From Podarcis bocagei (taxonomy: Eukaryota), in the NCBI GenBank assembly GCA_964188305.1, contig OZ076890.1: 64,000 nt of DNA; one strand, written 5' to 3'. Of this stretch, positions 49,415-61,793 are shown piece after piece (positions within the stretch are counted from its first letter, which is position 1; each line of letters opens with the position of its first letter). The notes under the pieces are model-generated. The model had not been told where the DNA came from, ran no database searches, and saw nothing but the letters and a program-made list of their open reading frames with translations. The position numbers were made by a program, and so were the translations under genes.

Positions 49415-49604
49415 CTGTGGAGCACCCATTAAGGGTAACACCATGCCTCAATTCAGCTGCTCACTGTTACCTGGAGGGATTGGGAAGTGCAGAAACAAAA
49501 AAGTTTTTACTTCCTCTAGTCAAAATGAGATGCTACTGCTCAGCTAAGAAAGCAACATGACTAGTATTAGTTTGGCAACTCCCTCTTATCAGCAACCATT
49601 TCAC

Positions 49605-49606
<2 letters not shown>

Positions 49607-49647
<41 letters not shown>
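49607..49647. repeat. (CA)20 microsatellite
   Basis: Direct reading. Confidence 0.95.
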
Positions 49648-49649
<2 letters not shown>

Positions 49650-51879
49650 CCAGATGAGGTCCCAGGTCACTCTTATCTGGCTTAAAACCATAAGTGAGAA
49701 CAACAAAAATCCTGAGCATCATTATTTAAAAGTGCAACATCTTCCAAGTTCAATAAAGATAGTCCATGTTCACCATATTTTAATGCACATGACTCATAAA
49801 TGCAACATCTAACTTGACACCAAAAGAATATGTCAAGTGACACGCTTTAGATAAATGTAAATCAGTGTAAACTAGCTGCAGCTCTTCTGCTGGATCCCCC
49901 CCCCCCAGCACACATTGACCAGGTTGCTGAGCCCTACCTCAAGCTAAGCAAAATCAAGTTTATTTCAAGTAGGAAATAAATGTACAGTATGTTGAATTAG
50001 CTTTACATTCCAAATTTGGTTTATGGACCAAAAATTTACCAGGTAGTTTTGAGCAAAACTAGTTCACATTCATCACACTATTCCAACCAACTGGCTAAAT
50101 TTCATTTCATCTGTAAGCTGAATGGAAGAGCCATAATAATGAGAACATACATGCCATTTAAAAGCATTTCTTAACACACCACACTCAGACAACAGTATTC
50201 AACGTGATATATAAATGAAGTTCTTAGCTTCATTTGTGGAAGTGCCCTCAGTTCCCCTCAGATAGAAAGTACTGAGGAACTACCCCTCCAGGAATCGCTG
50301 CAATGACTACAGACTGTGTACACTTGAATATATGAATTAAAAATAAAGCTGAATGGAAGCAAGTGATATTTGTGGATGATATGATGTGCCCACGCTGCTA
50401 TACTCCAATGTGCTTTTCTTTTAACTACTTTTACACAAATGTTTTCTACCTCGCCACCATTTTACAACACATTAAAATAACTCAAGTTTCAGTGCGAACC
50501 AAAATAGACATTTTTTCCTCTCCTCTTAACACAGGTTGATGGACTGCATTTTAGTCAGCCTACTCTGTTGTTTATTTAAATGGAGCATTAGTTTAGTAAG
50601 AAAAAAGTAGCAAACAGGGAGGTAGAATAAACTGAACGCAAAGATTGACAATCTGAAGTTAAGATAGCACACCAGAGTATTTAGCATTTCAGAAAAAAAC
50701 CAAGTTCTCTTTGTATACTACCCCTTCAATGTTACATCAACATTCAAGTGACCTAAAGACCAGACTCAAGAAAGGCTAGGAGAAAAAGGCCCTACTGAAT
50801 TGTGTGGCCTCTCCTACCCAATTCAGCTTTGAAACTCTGTACTAATTCTACATATCACAGGTCAAAACTTAGGAGCATGTCTGTCTCCCCATTTACAAAA
50901 ATGGTTTTGGAATGTAAGAGCAATTAGTCTATTACTTTAAGACCAATGCATAGTATGATCTAATCTGTATGTGGTTCTAACTACAGAACTAAAAAATGAC
51001 TGAATGTGTAAATTTCCAGGGTGGAGATAACCTCAACAGATTTGCACCATCTACCTACGCATGCAATTAAGCAAACAGGGACTGACCAATATTCACAGCA
51101 CTTCAGGAGAAATTATCAAGCCCCTGATTTTTACCCCCCCCCCCATCTACAGCTCCCTTTAACTAGCAATGTGGAATAGTACTCCTTGCAGACTGGGCAT
51201 CTAGTTCACAATCCCTCTGACCAGCATTGTTGGGAGGGGGAGCACTATGCTCTCTGGTCATGTACAGAAAGACCTCTTAAACAGCTCTGCACACCTGACT
51301 TTCTTAACAGCCTTGCGGAGGGTCGCCTTCGGCCACCCCATTTCCATGCACTGGATCCACAAACCGTATTCTTACCCCCTTGCACTTTTATTCTTCTGCC
51401 CCCTAAGGCCCATGGCGACTGCCTAGGTAGCCCAGAAGACACAAACACACACCCCGTCCCTCTCCTCCCCCCCCCACCTCAAAGCCTAAAGCAGCTCCTC
51501 ACCTCCAGAAGCATCTGCAAAATCCTCCCCCTTTCAGCGGCGACCCACAATAGCAAATCCCCTTATTTAACTGGAACGGGGAGAAGGAAAACGGGGGTGG
51601 GGGAGTGTGAAGCGTTCCTTACCCCCAAATTCCCAGGCTCACTCCGTTCCTTCCACCCTGTTTTCCTAACCCAGGCTGCCTTCCTCCGTTACCCACAGAG
51701 ACGCACGAACCCCCCCGCCCCAGAGGGCTGGCATCTCCTGCCCAGACACCCGCCTTGCCACAACACGCACACCATCCACACACACACCCAAGCGCATGCA
51801 CATACTACTCCGTGTACACAGATAGCCCACCCGCCCCCCTTTTCCCAGACTCAAGGTTTCTCTCCCCCCCCCAGGCCGT

Positions 51880-52800
51880 TTGTTCTTCCCCTCATGCGAT
51901 GGACACGCCTCCTCCCTCCGGCCTCCTCCACGGCTCTCCTTCCAACCCGCCCCCCCCCGCCCGCCCGCCCGCCTCGGGCGACTAATCGGAGCCGCCCCCA
52001 CCCCCGCCTTGCTTTGCCAAGCGCCGACCCCTCCCGCCTCTTTCCCTCCCGCCCGCGCCCCCACCTCACTCTCCCCGCGCCCGCCCGCGCCAGGTTTTTC
52101 GACCAGCCCCCAAACTCCGAAACTTTCCCCCGAACAGGAAGGCGGGATGGCGGTTACCCGGCGGCCCCTCGTCCTCTCGCCGCGCCGCCCCCCCCCCCCA
52201 GCACCACCTCAACACACGCGCGCGCACAGCCCGCCTCCCCACGGCCCGCAGTTTCCACGGGTGCCGCTGGCACCATGCGGAGGATCCTCCTGCCCGCCTC
52301 CCTCCGCACGCTCACCGCTCTTGCCCACCAAGGGCGGAGGGGCCTGGCCCGGCCGGGGGGCACCTCTCAGCCCCGGGCAGGAGGCGGCGGCGGCGCAGCG
52401 TCTCCCCCCGGCGACGGCGAACTCGCTCCTTTCCCGCAAACACACACAGGCTCCATTGTCCGCCAGCCAGCCAGCCTCCCCCCTCCTCCTTCTCCTTCTC
52501 CTCCCCCTCTCCCACATGGTACCGCCCATCGCCCCTCGGCCTCCCTCCTTCTCTTGCGCGCCCCCCCCGTCCGCTCCCCGCGAATGAAGCAGCCTATCGC
52601 GCGCGCGCTTCCCCCAACCCCCCCGGCCCACCCAATCAATGGAACGTCCCCTCCTCACTCACGGGCAGACTTTGACTTCTCCAAGCCATCGGGGCCGCCT
52701 CGCCTCCCCAGCAACGGGAATGGTAGTGTCCCGATGGAGAGGAGAGGGGGGGGCTAGATCCCCCCCTTCCCTCTCTCACGGAATGGTATCAACTGATTCC
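51880..52800 (-). promoter_or_regulatory. BCL9: BCL9 CpG-island promoter / probable first exon (donor GCG|gtgagc at 52316)
   Basis: Very GC/CpG-rich, CCAAT at 52632-52636, GC boxes, minus-strand splice donors, upstream of BCL9 exons. Confidence 0.8.
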
Positions 52801-53079
52801 TTAAAGAGACAGGCCTTGAATGCATGGGTCCTTCCTCCCCTGTAAAGCAGCACCGCCCTCACCTCCCTCCATTCATCCTGGCACCGCCCCCGCAATTAGC
52901 ATAGGCCAGCCCCATACCTCAAGGTAGTTTTCTTTCCGCCGCCTCTTCCCTCTTAAAGACGCAGCCACCCAATGGCACTTCTTAAAGCGACATGCTGCCC
53001 TTTAAAAAAATATATATTCTTTCCCCCCACCACACACACACACCCCGCAAAGTCATCTCCACCAGGAACTCCTCGGAGC

Positions 53080-53720
53080 CAGCCTGGAATCTCGGCACGT
53101 TTATTTCAAGGCATCAGAAGGCATAGAAGTGTCTGTGGCAATGCGAGGGGGAGCACACGTCCCAAGCCTAAGCCACACCCAGGCAGGCGCGCACACACAA
53201 AACACACACACGGACGCTCTGCACACTTCCCACACCTCAGGGCCCCTCGTCTCCCAGGTACGGCAGCCGCGCCGCACGCTGCAAAAGCACACACGACACC
53301 TCGCCGCGCTGAGATGCGTAAGCCTGAAGCAGGCTCTTACCAAAATCGAGAGACCGGGCGAGTGAGGCAGGGAGTCGGGCTGCGGCGCAGCACAGGGCGA
53401 ACACACGTTCTCCTCCCGCCTCCACTTGCCCCCCCCCCACCCACCCACCCACAAAATAGCAGACACTGATTTAAAGAGCACCATCCATCTCAATTGCAGG
53501 CGCACAAATTGGATTTTGCAGAATTAAAAGCCGAGCTCTCTGGCCGGGAGGTCGGGGTCGTCGTATTAATTCAGGAGATGCATTCCATCTCGGCGATCGG
53601 GCGGTCCCCGAATCTGATCGGCTCCCAGAATTATTCTCTCCTTCCAACCTCACACGCCCGCTCTCCCGTCTTGTGTGCCCTATTACATAAACCCGGCGGG
53701 CTATCAACAAAACCAAACGC
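53080..53720 (-). promoter_or_regulatory. Second CpG-rich block, possible alternative BCL9 first exon (donor TTG|gtaaga at 53341)
   Basis: CpG-rich sequence with a strong minus-strand donor. Confidence 0.5.
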
Positions 53721-54314
53721 ATCTCACGCTTTAATTTTGCTAGGTATACTCCAGATCCATTAAAATCTATGGAATTGTGCTCATTGGTTTCGATAGGTAT
53801 GTGGATTGCACCCGTATGACACTTCGTTGGCAAAACAGACATAAAAAAGCCAAAGGGCGGCGGGGGAACCATGTTCATATTGATTTAATACAGCTCCTCT
53901 TGGCCTGTGGATTGTGGCTAGCTACAGATATCCACAAACCACAGTGGTTATAATGAATTTGCAGGGATTAGCTTCCAGCATTTTTAATTTCCACACGTCT
54001 TTACAATTAAACGGCAATGAGATGAAATGAAAATTTGTGCCTCCTTTTCTTGTCTCTAGGAGGCAGGAGACTTAACCCTCTCCACCATATACTCTATTAC
54101 TAAAGTTCAATTCTCAAGTCTAACCCCTAACATATTTCCTCCTGTTTCCTTTCCTCATCCTCACCTTCAAGTGGGAATTTTGCACCTTACATTTGCCCAT
54201 CCCCTCTCAAACCCACCCCCACAACAAAGAGATGGAAAACAGAATTGGCACTAACTTTTGTGAATATAGCTGTCTTTCAGAAGGCTGTCTTTCAGAAAGC
54301 ACAGGTTAAAAATC

Positions 54315-54445
54315 TGTTGCAATAATGATAATATTTAGTACTTGTGTTGCACTTTATAGTGTTCCAAGCACTCCATGTACATTGTGATTCTTGTTACACT
54401 CCTCGAAAGTAGGTCAGCATTATTACACCCATATTGCAGATACAA
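54315..54445 (-). mobile_element. Ancient MIR/CORE-SINE-like remnant
   Basis: gtaggtcagcattattacacccatattgcagat resembles the CORE domain. Confidence 0.4.
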
Positions 54446-56089
54446 TTTCCATATCAGTTGCCTGTATCCACCCACTAAGTTTGCAGCTGGGGCAACCTCT
54501 TTGCACAGTTGACACTATTGGATAGCAGATCTCCTAAAATATTTTTTTTATTATTATTAATTTTTATTTTTATTTAGTTTGCTAGTTGCCTTACAAAGAC
54601 AGCCTGGAGGCAACATACTAGAAATCTGAAACAAAAAGTTTTTTAAAAAACACACAGACACACATAAAGAATAAAGATTATAATGTTTAAAAGCATATCA
54701 ACTTCATTTATTTAAAATGGGATTAGATATTTTCATGGGAGGCAGGTCCTTGAACAGGCACTAGCCACAATTACTAAACCAAGCTTCCCAATTCAGAGAC
54801 GACATTCCTTTGAATATCAGTTCTTGGAGGGTAGGCAAACAACAATAGAACTTTTGCCTGAATGCCCAGAACTGTCTGGTTGACTACAGTTGGAAAAAGA
54901 ATGCTGTACTAGAAAGACCCTTGCGTCTTTCCAGCAGGGCTCCTGCATTCATAAAACCAGCGCAACAAGCAAGGTTTATATGCTAGTTTTTAAAGAAGCA
55001 CTTTTTAAAAATGGTGTTCTCTATCCTCAGTCTAAAGAGGTGGAGTGCTTTCTGTCACCTCACCATTCCCCCACCTAGTTCCCAATTCATTTTGATGCAT
55101 GTGTAGGGCTTTTTCAGTGCTGGCACCCCATCTCTGGAGTTCACATGATCTCACAGAGGTTTGCCAGATTCAAGCACTGCACTTTTTAGTGCCAGATGAA
55201 GGCCTTTTTATCTGCCCAGGCTTTTTAGAAGTTTATAATTGCTGTTTGATCTAACAGTTTTAAATCCTTTTTGCCTCTGGCTAATTTTGGTTTTATTGTT
55301 CTGCCCTTTACAGTTATTCGGTGGCTTTATGCTATTATTATATTTCCATCTGGTGGCAATGCAATCACTAATTTACCATTAGATATTCGGCCAAACGTAT
55401 ACAGTTATTACACCAGGAGGACACGCATGACCATAATGCCACAAACCAGTTCCTTGTTAGTTCACAACTGTCTTTTCGTTTTCAAAAGCGATTTCAGTGT
55501 GGTCCTGTTCAATTAGCTGATTTGTCTTTATAAACAATAACAGCGAGAGGTTTTTGTTATTGCAGTTTTGGCACATGTTCAGGTTTCTGATGATGCAAAA
55601 GCTAACTTCACAAGAGAGTTCACTCTATGCAGAGTAGTTTGCTGACATTGGCAACAAAGTTGTTTTTGAAGTCTAAGTATTCACTGAAGCTACTATTTAT
55701 CTCTGGGTTCATGGCAGCATCTTTAAATGCCCCAAGGACGTATCCTTCCAGTTCAACCCCAAATTGAAGCTGGATTGGACCTCTGATTCAGAAACTGTCA
55801 GGACTTTAGTGGCATTCTGCAGAGGCCACATATTGTTCCACAGTGCAGAAATGGACAAAATAACCCACCAAATACAGTAACTTGCTCTCATAGAAAGGTC
55901 TTTCTACCTGTCATTGTAACCTGAGCTCTTCTTAATCGTGTCTAACAGAGTCCTCAAATTATGCCAGGGCCAGAAATACACCTCTGCTGCATGGCCAGGA
56001 GAAAAAGGGAACATACATACAAAAAATATTAAAGGTGCATTAGAATGATAGACACTCCCACAGTGTCCCAGGAAACACCACCACAGCCT

Positions 56090-56155
56090 AACAACAACAA
56101 CAATTTATTATTTATACCCCACCCATCTGGCTGGGTTTCCCCAGCCACTCTGGGC
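56090..56155 (-). mobile_element. Very short L2-type 3' end with (AAC)n tail
   Basis: Identical to 39692-39745 over about 50 nt. Confidence 0.7.
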
Positions 56156-56182
56156 CACAATTGGGGACTGTACTGCCACCAG

Positions 56183-56274
56183 TGCCCACATGACACCCCC
56201 CCCCCCAATACAAGGAGCTAATGGCAATGCCCACATGACACCCCCCCCCCCAATACAAGGAGCTAATGGCAATG
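56183..56274. repeat. Perfect 45-bp tandem duplication
   Basis: TGCCCACATGACA(C)11AATACAAGGAGCTAATGGCAA x2. Confidence 0.95.
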
Positions 56275-56515
56275 TAGAAATCCCAGTCCTCCCTGGCACA
56301 CACTCTTACATCACCACGAGAACAAGACACAAAAAAAGCCCACAGCTTGTAACCCTGTTACAGGCAGTCCCAAGGCAACCTCACGGTCAGGGGTTCAAAT
56401 CCCCTTATACCATTCACGCACACTGTTTTAGCTACAAAGCACAAAGAAAGAGAAGGAGAAAACACACCCACATAACGCCCTGGGCAGAATGACTGCAGAG
56501 AAAACACACACGCAC

Positions 56516-56520
<5 letters not shown>

Positions 56521-56567
<47 letters not shown>
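56521..56567. repeat. (GA)23 microsatellite
   Basis: Direct reading. Confidence 0.95.
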
Positions 56568-56569
<2 letters not shown>

Positions 56570-56722
56570 CCTGAATCAAAGATTTTGAGACCTACCCAGA
56601 GAAAGGAAAAACTTTTTTTGCCAAATAGCTAAGGGGAGGGACCAGGACAGGCAACCAAGGCAGCCAAAGACACACACAGAGAGCAGCAGCCTCCAATGGC
56701 TCACTGCACAGCACTGAACATA

Positions 56723-57000
56723 GGTTCGAATCCCCATGACGGGGTGAGCTCCCGTTGTTCAGTCCCAGCTTCTGCCCACCTAGCAGTTCGAAAGCACAAG
56801 TAGATAAATAGGTACCGCTCTGGCGGGAAGGTAAACAGCGTTTCCGTGCACTGCTCTGGTTTGCCAGAAGCGGCTTAGTCATGCTGGCCACATGACCCGG
56901 AAGCTGTACGCCGGCTCCCTCGGCTAATAAAGCGAGATGAGCACCGCAACCCCAGAGTCTGTCACGACTGGACCTAATGGTCAGGGGTCCCTTTACCTTT
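56723..57000 (+). mobile_element. 5'-truncated Sauria SINE (starts at B box)
   Basis: GGTTCGAATCCCC...GGGGTCCCTTTACCTTT. Confidence 0.9.
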
Positions 57001-59421
57001 TTAAGGAGGGCAGACAGTCATCTCAGGAGTAAAAGAGAGGGAGCTGAAAACTCTGCAAGGCAGCTCCCTAGCCAGTTGGTTACAGCAGAGCTCAGTCACT
57101 GCATGAGGTCTTTGTCCCGTCCCCTGCCTCCCCCCCCCACCCCCCACAAGCACAGGGGATGCAGTAGGAACTATCTGCACAGAATGGCTCATGTTTTGCA
57201 TAGTGAAGGACCATGATTCAAATTAAGACACACCCACCCCACCCTCATGCTAGAAAACAGGAGGGATGTTGGATCTCCATACAAACAGGAGCAGCATTGC
57301 ATCAACCAATAGCCTTGTCCCCGAATAGAGCAATTGCCTTTTGGCCCACTCTTTCATCTGATGTGGCCATCTCCCACCCAATGCTGCCTCATATGCCAAC
57401 CCTGTCATGTAGCATCCTAGAAGGCTTCAATGCCCTTACTGATCTCTTCTGCATTATACCCATCCTTCGCTTTCCTAACCCAGTAACTGCAAAATACACC
57501 CCCAGCACCAATCCCACTTGTGCAATCTGACAGACCCCAGGGAAATGGGGTGATCGGGGTGGGGGAGACCCATATCTACCACCTTCAGCAAAGAAGCAAC
57601 ACATGTCGCAAAACTGAAATCCTTTGTGGAACAGTATCCAGGAGGCAGGAGATTCTGAAAGGGAAGTCAAATGTGTGGAATGCCAGCCAGGCACTCTAGT
57701 AAGGCTCTTGTGCCTTGGACAGTGGCAGGCCAGGACGTTATGGCACCAGCTCCACGGTAGAAACAACTCCACCTGTTGCATAACTGTCTGTTGTGCAGTT
57801 TTCCAGGATACAGGAGCCTGCCTAGCACACATATGTTAACATGAAAGAACAGTCAACAATATCTGGGTTATTGCTGCTGATCACCAGGATGGGCTTGTTG
57901 AGGTGTGGGGTGGACCTCTCTACCTTTGGGACAGTGGCCTGCAGAGAGCCCGGGAAGACAGAAAGAGGACAATGAGCAATGGTCAGCAGCTCGAGCATGT
58001 AGTCCTTGAATCTAGTTGCACAGCAGGTGATTATGATGCCGAGAGAATGAGTGGTGCTATCTAAGCGCGGACCTGAGAAAAACAATACAGGCATATAGCT
58101 CCCCCCTCCGTGCATCTGGGCTGTGATCCTGCAAGGCAAAAGACCTCTTGAGCCTCTGCCCAGTGATGATAATGGTGTTTGCCAACAGAGAGCTTACCTG
58201 CATGTGGGAGTGAATCTTTCTCCTTTGTGGAGATTACTGCTCCCCATGGTTAAGGGAGAAGAGTGCTAGAGCAAAGACAGTTTGTGCAAGACACAGTATT
58301 CACTCATGGCAAAGTGGCTGGGCGAGACAAGGGAAACAGCTGTAGCAGTTATACATGATAACAGGTGTTCCCCTTTCCCTTGCTTACTTGTGTGATGCTC
58401 TGTTTTGGCACCCCCAGTTTTGGGAATGGAGTCTGTTTGTGTCTGGAGTCCTATGCTGAGGTCCTATGCTGTAAAGGTTCTATGCAGAGAAGTGCTATCA
58501 ATGAGCTCAAGTTCATTCACGTAAATCTGCCTTGTGGAGACAAAGCACCCTTTTCCCCATAGTTAGTCATCACCAGAGATCTTTCTTGTAAGCCATTAGC
58601 AGGCAGGCAGCTGTAGCTATTTGCCCTCTCATCTGAGGGCTTGGATACACTTCCGTCTAGAAAGCAGAGGTCCAAGCAGTTTTGCCTTTGCCTCACAACT
58701 TCCCCCTAGAAAACTCACTCTTTAGTGATAAACTGGAACAAACTGCAATCTGTGGAAAACCCAATTGCCATTTGCTCCTTCAGCGCTAAACAACGGGTTT
58801 CCCCAGAGGAAAACGGTGGGCTAAATCGAAGTCTGGATAAGCCCTCAGTTGTGGTCTCCCTCTGTGACAGTGGTTGCTAACCAGTGGGCTATAGTTGTGC
58901 CCACCCCCATATGTTTTCTGTGGCTTCCTAATAATGTATCTTTAAATATATATATATTAGTTTTAAAAACAAAACAAAAACAAACTATAAGTCCCTCACT
59001 ATGATGCCAAAAGGTTTTGTTGTCACTGCACAAGGAGTCTCCAATTTTTGTCCATTTTAATTTTTTTAAAGACATTTTAATTATTACTTTTAAAAGAAAT
59101 CTCCCAGCTTTCATAGGTGCCCTGATGTGATTCCCCAATTTGTCATAATTTTATTTTTTTAAAAAAAGATTACACTGCACTCCCTCCTCTGCTGTGATTC
59201 CCTGATGCCAAAAGGTATTTTTCACCCCTATTTCTACTTAGAAAAGAAATAGTCACACCCCTTTTAAAAACTTTGGCCATGTCCGCTTTCATACTTTCAT
59301 CACTCCCACTCTGGCGTGTGAACCCCTCCAGAGGGTTGGCCATCAGTCAACTTAAACATATTTGTCTTGGGGCATGTGCAAAAGTACTTATCAAATACAC
59401 AATTACCCCATCCAATCACTG

Positions 59422-60305
59422 AAGGAACACAAGAAGAACCTGCTTGACCAGGCCAGTGACCCATCAAGTCCAGCATCCTGTTCTCACTGTTGCCAACCAC
59501 ATGCCTATGGGAAGCCCATGCACAGAACCCGAGAGCACTCTCGTCCCCTGCAGTTCAGAACTCAGCTGGTATTCAGAAGCATACTGCCTCCAAAAGCGGA
59601 TGTAATAGCCCCCTGGGGTTAATAGCCAGTGGTAGCCTTATCCTCCATGGGCTACTCTTTTAAAGCCGTCCAAGTTGGTGGCCATCATTGCCTCTTGTGG
59701 GAGCAAATTCCATACTTAAATTATACACTGTGTGGAAAAACTACTTTTTTGTCTGTCCTGAATATTGCAACATTTAGCTTCATTGGATGCCCACAAGTTC
59801 CGGTGTTATGAGGGAGAGAGAGAAATTTCTCTAACCACTTTTTCCATGCCATGCATAATTTTATAAATTTCTATCATATCACCTCTTATTCGCCTTTTCT
59901 CTAAACAAAAATGTCCCCAAAAGCTGAAGCTTTTCCTCATCCCCTTTGATCATTTTGACTGCACTTTTCTGAACCTTTTCCATCTCTACAATATCCTTTT
60001 TCAGATGACGTGACCAGAAGTGCACATGGTATTCCAAATGTGGTCCCACCACAGATCTGTATACTGCCATTATGATATCAGCAGGTTTGTTTTCAATACC
60101 TTTCCTAATGATCCCTAGCATGTAATTTGCCTTTTTCACAGCTGCTACACACAAGGTTGACATCTTCATTGAATTATCCGCTACAGCCCCAAGGTCTTCT
60201 TCCTGGTCAGTTGCTACCAGTTCAGACCCTCATGAGTGTACCTCAAAGTACGTCATTCTACACTTGTTTACACTGAATTGCCTTTGCCATTTTACCGCTC
60301 ATTTA
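59422..60305 (-). mobile_element. CR1 LINE 3' fragment
   Basis: ORF 59879..60169 AAVKKANYMLGIIRKGI...YRSVVGPHLEY..FWS.HLKKDI..MEKVQ is the CR1 ORF2 C-terminal signature. Confidence 0.9.
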
Positions 60306-60355
60306 CTCACTTTGGCTTTGTAAAGCCTTTCTGTTTATTGACCACCTTTTTAAAG

Positions 60356-61090
60356 CAGGGGTGGCCAACCTGTGGCCCTCAAGATGTTCTTGGTCTTCCA
60401 TTCCCATCAGCCCCAGCCAAAATGGACAATGGTTGTCAAGGACTGGTTGGATGCAGAGTGGGAGGAACCAGCTGGGGAACCAGCAAGGGAAGAAGGCTCA
60501 GAGCCCAGTGGTGGCGGGACAACCATGAGTGGTCAGAGGGAGAAGACTGGGAAGAGGAGGTGTTGGAAGCTGAAGGGGCAACAGGGCATAGTGAGCTGGG
60601 AGTCTGTTCTAGGGAGAAGTCAACATTCAGAAGCTGAAGCTGGCAAGTGAGAGGAGGAAGGTCAAGAGGCAGAGATGAGGCAGGCTGATCAAGAGTCACA
60701 GGGTTCTCCCTTTCCTGCTGTGCTCCACTACCCCCTCCCCATGTCTTTCATAACCAGGAGAGGCATGAAAAGGGCAGAGGAGAGATTGGCTGCATGCAGG
60801 CATAGTCTCTGATTGCTTGGTAAAAGACCTGGAGAGGAAGAGACAGACAGCTGTGGAGATGTAGGGACCTTTAGTCTTGGCAACTAATTTCATGGAGGAA
60901 GAGCCACTGGGAATGAGCTGCTGTGTTCATTAGGCCTGACACTCAGCCAAGTCTGTGGAGATCTTGTTTTTGCTAATACAAAGTTAACTCCAACTTTAGA
61001 TTACTGACCAGCACGTTCTGTGACAGTGGTTAAGGACTGTGGAAATTGCAGCCCAGCACCAGCTGTAGAACCACAGTTTCCCTATCTCTG
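60356..61090. mobile_element. hAT MITE split in two (60356-60433 and 61026-61090) by an LTR insertion
   Basis: Left arm caggggtggccaacctgtggccc, right arm accacagtttccctatctctg. The halves join into the MITE family seen elsewhere in the window. Confidence 0.7.
60434..61025 (+). mobile_element. Solo LTR (Gypsy/ERV-type), 592 bp
   Basis: TGTCA...TGACA inverted termini, 5-bp TSD ATGGT/GTGGT (one mismatch), AATACA-like poly(A) signal near 60975. Confidence 0.7.
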
Positions 61091-61748
61091 GATTTAGAGA
61101 ATCATCAAGACTGGCTCCTGAATAAAAGAAGAAACCAGTTCTTTGCACCCACACACACATACCCCAATTGATGAATCTAGTAGTGAATGAGAAAACGAGA
61201 TTGTCAAGGAATGTAGGAGTGCATAATCCAGCTTTCAGATGCTGGATGCCCTCTGGCCCACAGTTAGCAACCTGCTGAAAAACGTTTTGAGAAAGGGTAT
61301 GTTCCAAGTGGTGGCTCAGACATCACCCCAGACTTCCCACATCATTAATAAGGGCAAATGAACTTTCAAAGACAAGTCAGAAACCTATTCTGGACAATAG
61401 AAACTATAGGAAATCCATCCCTGGATGATGTCCCAGACTTCGTAATACTTGACAGATGGAACTCTGCTGATGATCCAATTGTTGATTCATTTCACAAACG
61501 AGAAGATAAAGGCAAAAAGCAGCACCAGGATTTTCAGAAGGATGACGCTGAAAATTGTGCACGTAATATCTATGATACTAACGGAAAGAACTTCCTTGCT
61601 CTTTTCAACAGCCCACAACCCAAGGCAAAGACAAAAATACAAGTGCATGATGGTGCCATCATTATTCATTATTTGCTGGCACATGCACATTTTGATAACT
61701 ATGCACATTTCACGTTATCCTCACATTAACTGGTGCCTCTTTCCTTTG

Positions 61749-61793
61749 GCGTGTGTGTATGTGTGTGCGCGCACACGCACACACACACACACA
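61749..61793. repeat. Self-complementary (GT)n(GC)3(AC)n alternating purine-pyrimidine tract
   Basis: Direct reading. Confidence 0.9.

Noticed and set aside
51186-52757. 523-aa + strand ORF and many overlapping ORFs at the BCL9 promoter
   Set aside because: Low-complexity Pro/Arg/Ala translation of a C-rich CpG island where stops are rare. Non-ATG start and no recognisable domain.
59879-60169. 96-aa ORF as a host gene
   Set aside because: It is the C-terminal part of CR1 LINE ORF2.
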